Shown here: positions 1-11,939 of the stretch, piece by piece | How the letters are laid out: each line of letters begins with the position of its first letter | Position numbering within the stretch: position 1 is the stretch's first letter | DNA from: Atractiella rhizophila | Lineage: Eukaryota | Direction of reading: 5' to 3' | DNA length: 51,574 bases | Assembly (NCBI GenBank): GCA_021432655.1 | Contig: MU271509.1 | Coordinates: forward strand, 1-51,574 | Made by a program: the position numbers and the translations under genes | The notes under the pieces: generated by a model | Database searches by the model: none | What the model saw: only the letters and a program-made list of their open reading frames with translations | Told to the model about the DNA's origin: nothing

Positions 1-735
1 CATCTTTGAGCCCCTTTCCAATGGAGTTATTGATGTTGAACAGTGATGTTGTTGCTAAGTCGTTGAGTAAACATATCTAACGATGAGTTAGCGTCACAGT
101 CAAAGCTGGAGCGCGATCCCTTCCAATCAAGCTTCTTAATGTTCAACCAGGCTCTTTTGTACCCAATTTCCTCGACTGGTACACTGCACGCAAGCAGGAC
201 GACGGCTCCTGCCTCCTCTCTTTTCCTGCAGAACCACACGCCAAGTTCACCATCATCGACATTCGAGAAGATTACGGCAAATACGTTGCAGCCGCATTGG
301 AGAAAGACGTTGACACTGTTTACCCTGCTCCAGGTTGGATTACTCCTGTAGATATGGCGAGGGATTTTGAGAAATGTAGGTGTCTTTCCTTGCGTGCAAC
401 CTCTACTGAAAATGCCGACTGCAGTTTCGGGAAGAAAATTTACGTTCCAGAAGATGCACAGTATTGCTGGGGGTACCGGCAACGCAGCTGTAGCAAAGGA
501 TGTTGTTGCTATTCACCGTGCGATCAGGGAGATAGGATGTGAGTACCCTCCTGCATTCCTCTTTAGACATTGAACACCTAAAGCAGATCTTGGCAGGAAA
601 GGCGTTGGGTTAGCAACACATTACTTTCCACTCCAGCAAGGAGATTTGCGCAGAGTCTTGGGGGCAATAAAGCAGCTGTTGACAAGATCTTCGCTTGAAC
701 GGACACATCACTGTAAATTTATCGGTCCTGGTTAA
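1..735 (+). CDS. NmrA-like NAD(P)-binding protein, 3' part (starts upstream of window, spliced)
   Basis: Spliced translation VTVKAGARSLPIKLLNVQPGSFVPNFLDW...FTIIDIREDYGKYVAAALE...TPVDMARDFEK/SGRKFTFQ resembles the C-terminal half of the NmrA family. GT-AG introns present. Exact last exon uncertain. Confidence 0.6.
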
Positions 736-1091
736 TTCAATCGACTTTCTACGTTCACATTGCCGCGCAGCTCTCATCCTTCCCCGTCTTCCCGCAACAT
801 CCTGCGTTGTGTCTGGCACGGGCTCCTCTTCAGCGCTAGCTTCAGCTTTCATGAGCTTTCGCTGAGCCAACTCCTTGTTGCTGCGCCGCGTCAAAAGCTG
901 CGAGCTCCTGTTCCGCAGTTTGCCGCAGCGACAGCACTCTGCTTGCGCGCGTCTCAAGGGTGAAATCCACTGGAGACTGGTATAGCTTATGGCATGAGAA
1001 TAGGATGGCCTTACGTGTACAAATCGATGATTTGTGAGCCATGAGCCCACGGGCTGGGCTGCGGAAAGAGGGTTCGAGGCGGAGGACGAGG

Positions 1092-1100
1092 TATAAAAGC
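1092..1100 (+). promoter_or_regulatory. TATA box of the SDR gene
   Basis: GTATAAAAG about 90 nt upstream of the ATG at 1191. Confidence 0.45.
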
Positions 1101-1190
1101 CCAGTCATCCAGGCACGTTTCTTCTTCCTCGTCAACAAAACTCACCAGCCTCACGCTTCTCTTGCTCCAGACATATCAAAAGCGTCCAAT

Positions 1191-1951
1191 ATGATTACTC
1201 TCGCGGGATCTAAGATCGTCATCATCGGCGGAACGAGTGGCATAGGGTTCGCGGTATGTCATCGCCTTCCCGAAAAGCTCAAGCATGACAAGGAGTGACA
1301 AAACTGTCACGGAAAGGTCGCAGTGTCGTCCATCCAATCCCTCGCTTCTCATGTAATCGTCGCGTCCTCGAACCCGGAACGCGTTGCAAACGCCGTGACT
1401 CGCGGCGAGAGCGCGATCAAAGCGTCTGACCTCACGCACGAGTACAAGTTGGAAGGCAAGACGCTGGACATCTCCAATCTGGAGCAGATCACAAAATTCT
1501 TTGAAGAGGTAGGAGAGATCGACCACTTGATCATCACTGCGAGGTATAGGAACATTATGCCTGATATGGACACTTTGAAAGGTTCGCTGTTCCTCTCCCT
1601 AGCCAAGTTGATCATTGATGAATGTATGTACAGCTGGAATGGATACCCGTTACTGGGGACCCATGCATGCAGCTCAGATTGCAAAAGTGAAGCCTTTAGG
1701 CTCTGTGACCTTCACGACCTGTGGGTGCCACGTCCCTCCAAAACCTTTATGTAATAACACAAAATCCAGCGTCCGTGGTCTACAGACCCTCTACTTGTGA
1801 GCTATGCCTACCTCCTAATCAATGCATAACGCTCAAGTTGGCGATAGTCATCGGCATATCTGTCGGATTTGGAGGAGCGATTGAAGCATCTATGAGAGGT
1901 TTGGCACAGAGCAAAGGGCCCGTCAGATATAACGTAATCGCTCCAGGAGGC
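1191..1951 (+). CDS. Short-chain dehydrogenase/reductase, 5' exons (3' exons are in the mirrored block)
   Basis: MITLAGSKIVIIGGTSGIGFA (GxxxGxG), DHLIITA, RGLAQSKGPVRYNVIAPGG, then donor GTAAGT at 1952 with no continuation on either true strand. Confidence 0.85.
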
Positions 1952-1996
1952 GTAAGTTTCTTCCCCCTTCCTTCCAGCAAATCATTAAAATCATCT

Positions 1997-2240
1997 TAAG
2001 AAAGGGAAGGATGTTCGTCGTGTACGGGATGACGGGGAGAAGCGGCAGAAGCAAAGCGGGAAAAGCAAGAAGAGAGGTCATGGTAAGGGCGGCGAGCACG
2101 ATGGGAGGCACGAGGGTGAGGGCAAGGGTAAGAAGCGTCGTCGTCGCTACTCACGTACTAGGCAGGGTCCGCCAAGCTGACGGACCACGCTGACGGACCA
2201 CACTGTGGCTTCCGAGACTGCGTCCACCTATTTAGAAGTA
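1997..2240. CDS. Zn2Cys6 TF first coding exon, mirrored (ATG at 2240 reading leftwards)
   Basis: MKIYPPASEPSVSHQAVEPPGTDHALIAAAAKNGNG...KTAKRGSRACAACRKGKN once one copy of a 13-bp tandem duplication is removed. Mirrored TATAAAAG at 2415-2408. Confidence 0.85.
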
Positions 2241-3760
2241 GAAGACGAAGGAATTTTATTATTTTATAACAGTCGTATATGAATCTAATGCGCGTGCTTA
2301 GCAATAGAGCTGAGGTTTTATTAGACAGACCTACTCACCCGTCCAGCTCCGACGACCGACCTCTTTCCCGGCTTCTCGGTTTTCGCCAGGCGTACGGTGG
2401 CAGACGGGAAAATATAGACGAGTTTTGGCTTTTGAATGCGAGTTGTACTCCCCGGGGCGAAGGGCGTCGGAAAAGCGGCTGTTGCTCTGCTGCTGCACGT
2501 AGTCTGGAACCTTCTCCACGAAGTACCCGTGAGGGCCTGAACCAGTCCTATCAGAACAGTGAGAGTTACCGCAACCAAGTGCCCCACCTCTTCGACGCGA
2601 TACGTAACATTATAAGCTTTGTCCCTTCCTCCCCTACCTACCCCTACAGCCCTATAAACTAACCGCTAATCGCTTATCTTTTCCCAGTCAGGAAGGAGGT
2701 TCGTACACAGGCAGTTAGCTACCTAACGCTAGTCACCCTACCGCGCTCACCACGGTGAGAAGTGTGTACGTCTTTCCTTAGTGAGACACTGCGCAAACTC
2801 GGAGGGCGAAGGTAGAGAGAAGGTAAAGAAGGGAAACATGGCACCGTTATGTTACAAGGAGTGCGGTAAACGGGTTTCAACTGTAAAGAACAAAGTTTCA
2901 CCTCGAACAGAGGGTAAGGTGCAGTTCTTTCTATAAGGCTTAGTGCTGCATCTTTCTACTCCAAACACACCGCGAACGGATGGGAGCCCTTCGAGCTTAA
3001 CGGTGGACTTTTGGTAGCTGCAGCGTCAGCTTCGAGTTTCAACATACATGACTCGCCCAAACCTTGTTCGTACAGACGTCATTCGCCCAGCTCTTTTAGA
3101 GTCGAGCGGTAGACCGGCTCCTGTGGACCAGGTTAGACGTAGATCGGGACTAACAACTCACGTCGACGAGACTTATGTGAAGAGGCAGAGGGCAGCTCGA
3201 TCCGCAGGCGAGCTGAGCGAACGTTTACCACAGCACTAGGGCCGCGAGTCCTAACACAGAGTAGCAGAGAAAGTACGGCTACGGCACTCCACCTGGTAGC
3301 GAAGTTCTCGAAGTTGGTAGTGGGTCGCACGGCCGCGAGCTTGAACTACGGACTTCGATTCGAACTTCGGGAAGTCTGAACTGGAACTTCTGTCAGAACT
3401 ATCAGTACTTAGTTTGACCGACTCTTCTACAAGCGCTGGAAACTCATAGTGTCATGAAAATGCGCCTTCTTGTAATACCTATACTCACTTCTCAGATCAA
3501 ACGAGACCAGACTCGAGCGTCGAAAACTCGAATTGACAGTAGTGAGTAGACTGACTGAACATGTTACGTGGAATTTTTGTCAGAGACTCGTAAAGCATAC
3601 ATTGCAGATTAAAGCTCCGTACCAATCCGGACGGTACTTCAAACAACCTAGCAGAAGTATAAAACTAGCTCTTATATATTCTGCCTACGAAGTAAAGTTG
3701 GTTTAAGTAGGGTCTTGCAAGATAAGGGGTAACAAAACAGAAACAGAAGGTGCTGGATTA

Positions 3761-4127
3761 AATTCGAACTTCCAGTTGAGGTGGCAGCTAGGAGTTCTGG
3801 ACACTAGCGCGTCTGTCTCGTGTAGTTATGAGAAAAGAAAGTATACGGGACCTTCTTTCTGGTTGGACAGGTCAATACATAACCGTGAAGTACTGTTTCT
3901 CCATCCGAAGGCGGCGGACTAGCGGGTATCTACTCGCAAGAGAGTTCCTAGGGCCTCTCGTCCTTTCGATTGGAGAAGCCCTCACCGTTGTACGAACTGC
4001 CCGTTGAACCGGAGACAGAGGAACTAGTAAACGAGATAGTAGAGGAAGCCCTTTAGAAGTCAGTAGACCGAAAGAGAAGTTAACCTTCCAGTAGCAGCCT
4101 GTAACAACCTGCTTGGAGACACTCGTG
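3761..4127. CDS. SDR 3' exons, mirrored (read 4127 to 3761 without complementing)
   Basis: Four exons: VLTE / MTEDFPKEMIEQMIKETEAKLPVKHVATPEE / AAEAYLFVMKCQYITGQ / VLRIDGGVDLQA*. This is a typical SDR C-terminus and is in phase with the donor at 1952. Confidence 0.9.
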
Positions 4128-4135
4128 GACATAAA

Positions 4136-4412
4136 NNNNNNNNNNNNNNNNNNNNNNNNNNNNNNNNNNNNNNNNNNNNNNNNNNNNNNNNNNNNNNNNN
4201 NNNNNNNNNNNNNNNNNNNNNNNNNNNNNNNNNNNNNNNNNNNNNNNNNNNNNNNNNNNNNNNNNNNNNNNNNNNNNNNNNNNNNNNNNNNNNNNNNNNN
4301 NNNNNNNNNNNNNNNNNNNNNNNNNNNNNNNNNNNNNNNNNNNNNNNNNNNNNNNNNNNNNNNNNNNNNNNNNNNNNNNNNNNNNNNNNNNNNNNNNNNN
4401 NNNNNNNNNNNN
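4136..4412. other. Assembly gap (277 N)
   Basis: Run of N. Confidence 1.
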
Positions 4413-4574
4413 CTCCTGTTGCGATTATAATCTTCCTCCGTCGCCTTCCGATGGTGATCATCTTCCGCCATCGTTTTCTCTTGCCCCGCCGCGCTTATAA
4501 TCTCCTCACGCAATACCCGACACTGTTGTGTTCTTGTGCTGTTACGGACTTGGCTGATCAAAGTTTGAATGCAG

Positions 4575-7500
4575 CTGCGAAGGATGGGAGAACCCTCCGT
4601 GAGTGAACCCGCCATTGGATGCGTAGCAAAAGCTCATGATTGTCACACTGCTTCCGATATAAAGCTGCAAGCGTTGCCGCACCACTTCCACCACCTGTTA
4701 CTTCGAGAAGCCAGCCAAAGAACCGTCCTCGTTCGACGTCGCTTCACTCGAACGCATCTCCTCACTCGAGAACCAGATGACTCGCATGTCCTCCTCCCTC
4801 TCCGAACTCATCTCCATCTTCCGTCCTTCCCCTCCTCACCTNNNNNNNNNNNNNNNNNNNNNNNNNTCCAACCCCCAGCAACATCAACAGCAGCCACATC
4901 ATCCGCAACAGCAACAACCTCAGATGTTACCCCAGCCTCCACCAGAAATGGCTTCGTACGAACCTTACGCCCCTTTCCCCCTGCCTTCCGTACGCAATTC
5001 CCTCCCTCCATACGCCGAGGATCGCAGCCGTCTCTCCGGCGGGGGGTCAACGTGAACGGATTAGGCATCGGAGGGATGGGACTAGGATTGGGGATCGGGG
5101 TCCCTCAACAACACGCCCATCCTCATGGTCACAGGTCACGGTGGACACCCTCAATGGTCTCCAGTGCCAGTGACGTCTGTTCCCACTCCCTTCCCTCCCT
5201 GGCTCTTCCTCCCTTCCTCCGCTCCCTCTTCCAGTCCAAAATTCGGTCCCGACCTCCATTCCTCCTTCTGCCTCCTATGCCATCCTACCACCTCCCAACA
5301 GCTCCGCCGTCCCGCAAGCGGCGAGCATACCCCCTCCCGCTCCTCCTTCTTCCTCCGGCGGTACAAGGAAGGGCAGGAAGAGGAGTGCCTCTCAGACTGG
5401 CAGCGGGAACGGGCAGCCTGCAGCACCACAGAAGAGGGCGAGGATAGCGGGAGAGGAGGATGGAGTGGCAGAGCCGACGGATGCAGCGGAGGGGAATAGG
5501 TTTCCTCGGTTGCCCAAGTATGCCAGTCCTAATCATGGTGCGTGGCTTTATTCTCGTTCGCCATCTGGAAGAAGCGGAAATAATTACTGATTTTGGCGAT
5601 GACTATGCATAGCTTTGGCTCACTACGGATTGACCGCTCCTCCATCCCCCACCCTCTCGTGAGTCTCCCTCGTCCTAACTATTTCCCACAAGAAAGAGGC
5701 TGAAAGGCACTCAGTGACTCAGATCTACCCTCTTCCACGCTCACCGCTCCATTCGAAGCGCTAGCCACAGCGGCTGCAACTGCAGCCGAAGCCGAGGAGG
5801 TAGCATCAGCAGAATGCTCTCCAACAGACGCGCGAGATCGAAGGGAGAGGAGGAAGGGAAAGGAGGGTGGGACGAAGGAGGGTGGAGGGAGTAGGACGAG
5901 GAGGACGGGGAGGAGGAGGGTCCCTCCGCCCCCGAATGCGTTTCCGGACGTCGTGCAGAAAGGAATGGTGGCTGAGGCGGAAGCGAGGGAATTGTTCGAG
6001 TTGTGAGTGTCTCCCAATCTGCCATTCTTCACTTCTGGCCTCGCATCGGCGACGGTCTTCCTCTACGCGTGTAGTAGTGATGGCTGATGCAATGCTGGAA
6101 CAGCTATATGGCTTACTGCCATGCTTTCATTCCCCTCCTCGATCCTACCTACGACACCTATGCCGAATTCAAGGGACGCACCCAGTTCTGTTTCGACGCA
6201 GTCCTTAGCGTCGCCGCCAGGGTTAAATACACGCAAGGGAGTACGTGCCACATTCTATCCAGCGTTTATAAGAGGGAGAGAGAACTGATGGATGGAACAG
6301 CTACGAGCTTGGAAGTCCTCAGGGCGACGAGCGAAGAGGCGCACGGCATAGCGAGGAGCACACTCTTTGCAGCCACAGTCAGGATCGAGGCTGTACAGGC
6401 TGGTTTGTCGTCCTTTCTACTACCGGTGGAGGAAGAAATTTGCTGATTGTTTACATGGCTGCATGTAGTCACCATCCTCGCTGCGTGGAGTGACAAGGGA
6501 TACCTTGCTAGTGGACTCGCCTCTAGGATGGCCCTCGAGATGGTTCGTTTCTTCGGCTCCATATATTCATTCATGATATCGACGTTTTGTGAATTCAGGG
6601 CTTGAATCGGGCTCTTGAGAAGCTGGAAGACGGATCGAAAGAGCGTACGGAGGCAGAAGGACGAGATCTAGTCGTCAGTGCGAGGACTTGGTTGAGTGTT
6701 TACTACCTCGACTACGTGTTCGTACCCTCGCCTTCTTCAATGTTAGGACGATCTAAATGATGACGGGTGCACTCCAGCATGTCTGTAGGAAATGGTCGCC
6801 CAGTCCTTCTCTCCCCCACCCACATTCCGACCCGTGCCTTCCTTAGCTCTCCGTATGCGACAAAGACAGACATCAAGCTCGTGGCCGATATCGAGCTCTT
6901 GTCTCACAAGAGTAGGATAGGCGAGTCGATCGCGAGCTTTGGAGGGGCGGTGGATGAAAGGACACTCGGGTTTGTGAGGAGGGCTAGGGGAGATTTGGAG
7001 GGCTGGTTCGCGAGTTGGGATGGAGAGCTTTGTTCGTCTTTTCCTCCTTCACCATTCTCTGAGAACTATACTCATACTTATGTTCGCTTAGCGAAACACT
7101 TTGCGGACGACAGCTTTGAGAGATTGAGCTTGAAGTTTAATTTACATCAGGCTATCATCTACCTTTGCTGTACTGGTCCGTCGAGTTTCTTTTCTACCCA
7201 GTTAAGTCGGTGTTAAGTTGGAAATTGGTACAGCATTGCAAGGAAGAGGGACTTCAATTGATTCTCCACATCCCATCGAAGTCCGAGAACTCGCCCTTGA
7301 AGCAAGACTGTCCGCCCTCCAATCCCTTCACATCCTCCTCCACACTCCCTACCGTTCCTTCCTCAAGTACGGCACGCACAACACATTCGTGGAAAGTGCC
7401 TTCTCCGCCCTCTTTCTTCTCAAGATGTCCAAGCTCTTCCCAGATGGTACTGACGTGGACCTCGCGCGAGAAGTGCGAGAGGTGGACTTGTTGGCCGAGG

Positions 7501-7976
7501 AACTGAAAGCTTGTCCTGGTGCTCAGCGGTTCGCTTGGACGCTCAAGATCGCCACAAGGAGGTGGAAGGAGGAGATGAACCTCGCCTCCTCTTCCTTCCT
7601 CATCAACGATCCGTCACCCCTGCCCCCTCCCACGACTTCTCAATATCAAGCGATCGACTGGCAGCAGCATCAACAGCAACAAGGACAACAACAGGGGCAA
7701 GCTGCTGAAAGTCCAACTGACAGTTTAGAGATCTACAACCTGCTCTCGTCCATCCTTGGACAGGACAATGGGGCGACATCCGCCAACGGAACTAACTCGA
7801 ACGGAATATACAATCCCACGCAGATGCAATCTCTGCCTGGATGGATGACGCAGCAGGACACGGCTTTCGATTTCGGAGATCTCGCGTTCCCGGCGATGGG
7901 TCTCGATAGCATGTTCCTCCCCAGTTGGTTTGGGGCCCAATGGGTGGCAGGAGAGGAAGAAGGTCAGGCTTGGTAG
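4575..7976 (+). CDS. Zn(II)2Cys6 transcription factor with fungal-specific TF domain (remainder of gene, many introns)
   Basis: Second half of the binuclear cluster CEGWENPP/CKRCRTTSTTCYF, coiled coil LERISSLENQM, Q/P-rich region, NAFPDVVQKGMVAEAEARELFE/YMAYCHAFIPLLDPTYDT middle homology region, acidic C-terminus. Contains a 25-N gap at 4842-4866. Confidence 0.88.
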
Positions 7977-9064
7977 CTTCGGCGTCATCTGGTTAGTTTC
8001 GTATAGTCTTCTTGGATTTGAACCTTTCGCATTTGTGGAATGATTCGATGCTTCCTTCTTTGGTATCATTGGTGCTTTGATTTGGGTCAAAATGTAAATT
8101 ACATGCTGAAACCATAGTCTGAGCCTTGAAAGGGGATTCGGGTTGTCCTATACCACAAAAGCTGATCTTACTCTGATGGCGATCAGCTCGTGGTTCGAAT
8201 GCCAGAGTCACGTGGCAACTAGACCTCTTCGCTTTATTTCCACTTTCTACCAACGCTATTAAACCTAGTATAGAAGGTCCAGTTCGCGGCTTATATCCAA
8301 GGCAGATCATCAGCGTCCAAAGTAAGCCCAAACGCGTTACCTTAGCTCAGGTTACAGTAAGCTTTACTCTTGGTGTGGGTGGAGAGTCGCAGATATGAAC
8401 AAGTTGCTCCCCTTTTGGCGTTCGTTATTTCTGAGCAGGCTGCCTGTGCCAATCCGGCACATCCTAACGTAGCATCAAACTTTATACTGTTCGGACGCTT
8501 TGTTGATATGGACTGACCTCCAAAGGTGAAATGGCATTCAATACGGTAATTGTGTTGTGAACATAAGGACAAGTGAATAACGTCCGAGACCTACATGTGC
8601 GATTCCAATCACCTTATCGCAGGACGTTCTTTTCTTGTTAATGATAATGTTACTCGCCTCTTCGTGCGGTCAAGCACACGGGCATAATAAGCCTTCTAAA
8701 TAGCCGTCGCGCCTGCTTTCACTTCCTGCTGGTGCCTTCTCGCCTTGGTGAAATTGTGAACCCCTTTCCCGCAAGTTCATTTTGACAAATAATGTACTCA
8801 CTGTGGCTAATCGGAGCAGGACCATTGTCCAAAACGACTGTTGTTCAAGTTTACGGCGATCGTTGGAATGAATCGCATTCGTGTCAGCTCTTTCATGATG
8901 TTGGACTGTCAGTCTAATCACCGTTATAGGAAGAGTATCAGCGATTACTCTATGCCATTAGATACTCCAAACATTTCGCTCTATCCACATATATCCGTCT
9001 CAAACACACGTATAAAAACGAGAAGCACTGTTTCTGGGAACATTTCTGGTATCTCTTCTGGCCG

Positions 9065-9622
9065 ATGCCCTGGTTCCATTCGATCCCTGCCCCTTATCCT
9101 CCTCTACAACTGCACCAAGATGGAATCAAACTGATAGAACCCCGAATCCTGATGATTGAACGTTCGCGACACATCCCACTTTGGAAAGTTCGAGATACGC
9201 CTCTCGCTGCACTTTATAGACTTTACGAATATTCTTGCAGCCATGCAATTTCCTTTGTCCACGAGGTAACTTATATCTGGTATCGCTTCGACTGGCCAAT
9301 CTTCGATTTTCCGGATCCAAAAGATCCCGACCCTGTACGATATGCAATTCTAGCCTGCTTAGTCGAGTCTATGGTTTATGCTTTCAACTGGAGAATTGAA
9401 GAGCATGGATTCCGACGTGAAAAACATGAAATTCTGTATTTTGGCCGAAATCCGCTTCCGTTGACTTTAGAGCGCGTACCTGAATGGTGTAGGAAAGTGC
9501 CACCTTCTCCTATTGAGGTCGACATCCACAGGGAACCATGTTCTGAAACACGGCGAGGAGCCAAGATGCTAAAGAGGAAGAATATAATTCACGAAGGATT
9601 TGCAGCGATGTTCTTTGTTTAA
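9065..9622 (+). CDS. Conserved fungal hypothetical protein (185 aa, intronless)
   Basis: ATG-to-stop ORF with motifs RDTPLAALYRLYE and PDPKDPDPVRYAILACLVESMVYAFNWRI, which I recall from an uncharacterised fungal family. TATA-like TATAAAA at about 9011. Confidence 0.7.
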   Translation: MPWFHSIPAPYPPLQLHQDGIKLIEPRILMIERSRHIPLWKVRDTPLAALYRLYEYSCSHAISFVHEVTYIWYRFDWPIFDFPDPKDPDPVRYAILACLVESMVYAFNWRIEEHGFRREKHEILYFGRNPLPLTLERVPEWCRKVPPSPIEVDIHREPCSETRRGAKMLKRKNIIHEGFAAMFFV

Positions 9623-10743
9623 CCTGGAACGAGATTTGCGTGTTACAAACCTAAGGACATATGGAATATTCTAATTCATCCCATACGCCGAATGTACGAT
9701 ATGATTACTGCCTTTGATTCTCTAGTAACCTGTGTGCTCCACAACCCCTTTCCCAGTGGCCCATCAGTAAGATGTAAGTCCCTCCTCAACTATGTCGCCT
9801 TAACTGACTAGCGATTGTTTACCAGCTTCAACAGCCACCTAAAATGAAGTAGTTCCTTGTCCTGGTGTATCGTAGGGACAAACTGAAGAGGCTTTCAGTC
9901 GAAATTTCATCGGAACGAACCTCATGAGGAGGCTTGTAGACTGTATCTCGAACCTAGGAGTCTCGCATTGAGACACAGTAAGAAGACACCGACATACCAC
10001 TATAGAAGCAAACTTTGCTCGCTTCTAAACCTCTGAACGTCTGTTTACCGGACAAAATGGAAAGTGCCTTTTACCACTTCAGCAACCTTCTTCAACACTC
10101 TCTGAGGAATCTGATCCATATACTTGATTCTGAACGAGTCTGCTTCGGCTACGTTTCACGTTGCCCTGTGTGAGAATGTTCCGAGCGATTGAAAGCCTTC
10201 TGCCTCGTTTTTGGGGAGCTCAAACGCTTTCCCCTTTCCTGCCTTTCGAATGCTAAACTTGTCCGTCGAACAGTCTGATAACCTCTTCGGCTATGACAAT
10301 CCTGATTAAAACCTCTTGCCGTCAACTGTCTGCTCCGACAATGCTTATTTTCTTTGATATAACGTCTGGTTATTAGCTCTCAGACGTTGCCGACCTATTA
10401 TCGTGATCATGCTTCGAATCTTTCCGGGAATTGTCCTGCAGTTATTCCTGCAACTTTCTTTACACATTACAGATGGCACCTACTTCCCGGATATTCTGCC
10501 TGCTTGACGATGGAGTACGGGCTCCGGCCCGCTACCCACCACCCACACAATTTCCATCTATGCCTCCCATTGCTCCTCTTTAGCAATCCAAAACTTGCAT
10601 CTCTTGGAATCTATTGGACCGAACACGGTAGGCTGGCTGTCATAACATCTCTTACCTTTATATCGCCTCTTATTTCTGTAGAAATTGATCCACTGACCAA
10701 TTCATCTCCACGTAGATTAATCGATTCGAGAGATAGGGAAACT

Positions 10744-11668
10744 ATGGCAATCCCTCAACTACTCCTTGGAAAAACTGCAATCATCACAGGCGGTCTCACG
10801 GGCATTGGGCGAGCACTCGCGATTGGATTCTCCCAGCACGGCGCAAATGTCTGTGTAAATTATCTTCCATTCCCGTCGTCAGAGGAAGCTTTGTCTTCCT
10901 TACAATCCCAGATACCTTCTCTTCTCGCAGTTCCCGGAGACATTTCGGAACCAGTCACCTCAATCACACTTGTCGAGGAGGCGGTGGAAAAGTTCGGAGG
11001 GTTGGATGTCATGGTCTCCAATGCAGGGATCTGTACATTCCACGAATTTCTCGACTTGCCAGCCGAGTTATACTCGAAAACAGTTCGTGTGAACCTTGAC
11101 GGAGCATTTTATGCTGTGCAAGCTGCAGCGAAACAAATGGCTTTGCAAGGGAAAGGAGGGAGCATTATTGGAATTTCGTCAATTTCGGCTCTCGTGGGCG
11201 GAGCAGGGCAGACACATTACACGCCGACTAAAGCGGGAATTCTTAGCTTGATGCAGAGCACAGCCTGCGCGTTAGGTGGAAAAGGGATCAGGTGTAATGC
11301 CATTTTGCCAGGGACTATCGGGTTTGTTCTTGATCATTCCAGGTCTGGTGTTGCATCAACAATGAGCTTTGCAGAACTCAGCTCAACGAGGAGGATTTGA
11401 ATGATAATAAGAAGAGAGAATACATGGAAGGCAGGATCCCACTTGGAAGGCTAGGCCAACCGGAGGACATCGTCGGTCCTGCTGTGTTTCTCGCTAGCGA
11501 TTTAAGTGGTTATGTCGTGCGTATCCATTATTTGCTGCTCAATTACTTCGTGCTGAAGGGATGATTAGACTGGTGCTCAACTTCTCGTCGGTACGTGTCC
11601 TTTTTCCTTCATGAGTCGCAGAATGCTTACCCGAACCAGATGGAGGCTTATTCGTCAACTTGCAGTGA
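10744..11668 (+). CDS. LRA1: L-rhamnose 1-dehydrogenase (SDR)
   Basis: TGGLTGIG, NAGICTFHEFL, ISSISALVGGAGQTHYTPTKAG, and the C-terminus LLVDGGLFVNLQ* typical of fungal LRA1/RHA1. Three 3' introns. Confidence 0.85.
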
Positions 11669-11939
11669 GATCACTGACCTAGGCACCAATTGACTACAAC
11701 AACAAGACAATATCGATCTGGCAGTCAATAGCTTGTGTGTTCAAGTTACAAGGATTCGCAAGTTTTGCATTGAATTTGTACTCTACATGGCTCAAACAGA
11801 ACGATCAGGATGTATGCCGAGATAACCAAATGTATGATTGATACGAAGGAACAAAGAAAGAATTTAAGGACGATAAAAGACTAGTTACCTGGCAGCAGGA
11901 TTCGAAAGGCGAAACGAATTGATCTCTCCCCTCCAACTG

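Larger units (their letters stand above)
1997..4135. other. Mirrored block: sequence reversed but not complemented
   Basis: Read right to left without complementing, it contains GT-AG introns, the SDR C-terminus, a TATA box and the N-terminus of the Zn2Cys6 factor. No credible gene on either normal strand. Confidence 0.95.

Noticed and set aside
1997..4135. Transposon insertion or true inversion as an explanation of the block
   Set aside because: No terminal repeats or transposase, and the reverse complement is not coding. Only the uncomplemented reverse is.
2011..4430. ORF-track ORFs in and across the mirrored block and N gap
   Set aside because: They are translations of mirrored sequence or N runs; the real coding content appears only in reversed reading.
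9775..9826. Isolated intron-like sequence GTAAGT...CTGAC...CAG
   Set aside because: No convincing flanking ORF; may be a UTR intron or chance.
10387..10743. N-terminal extension of the LRA1 ORF from a TTG start
   Set aside because: No family resemblance; the ATG at 10744 gives the normal SDR start.
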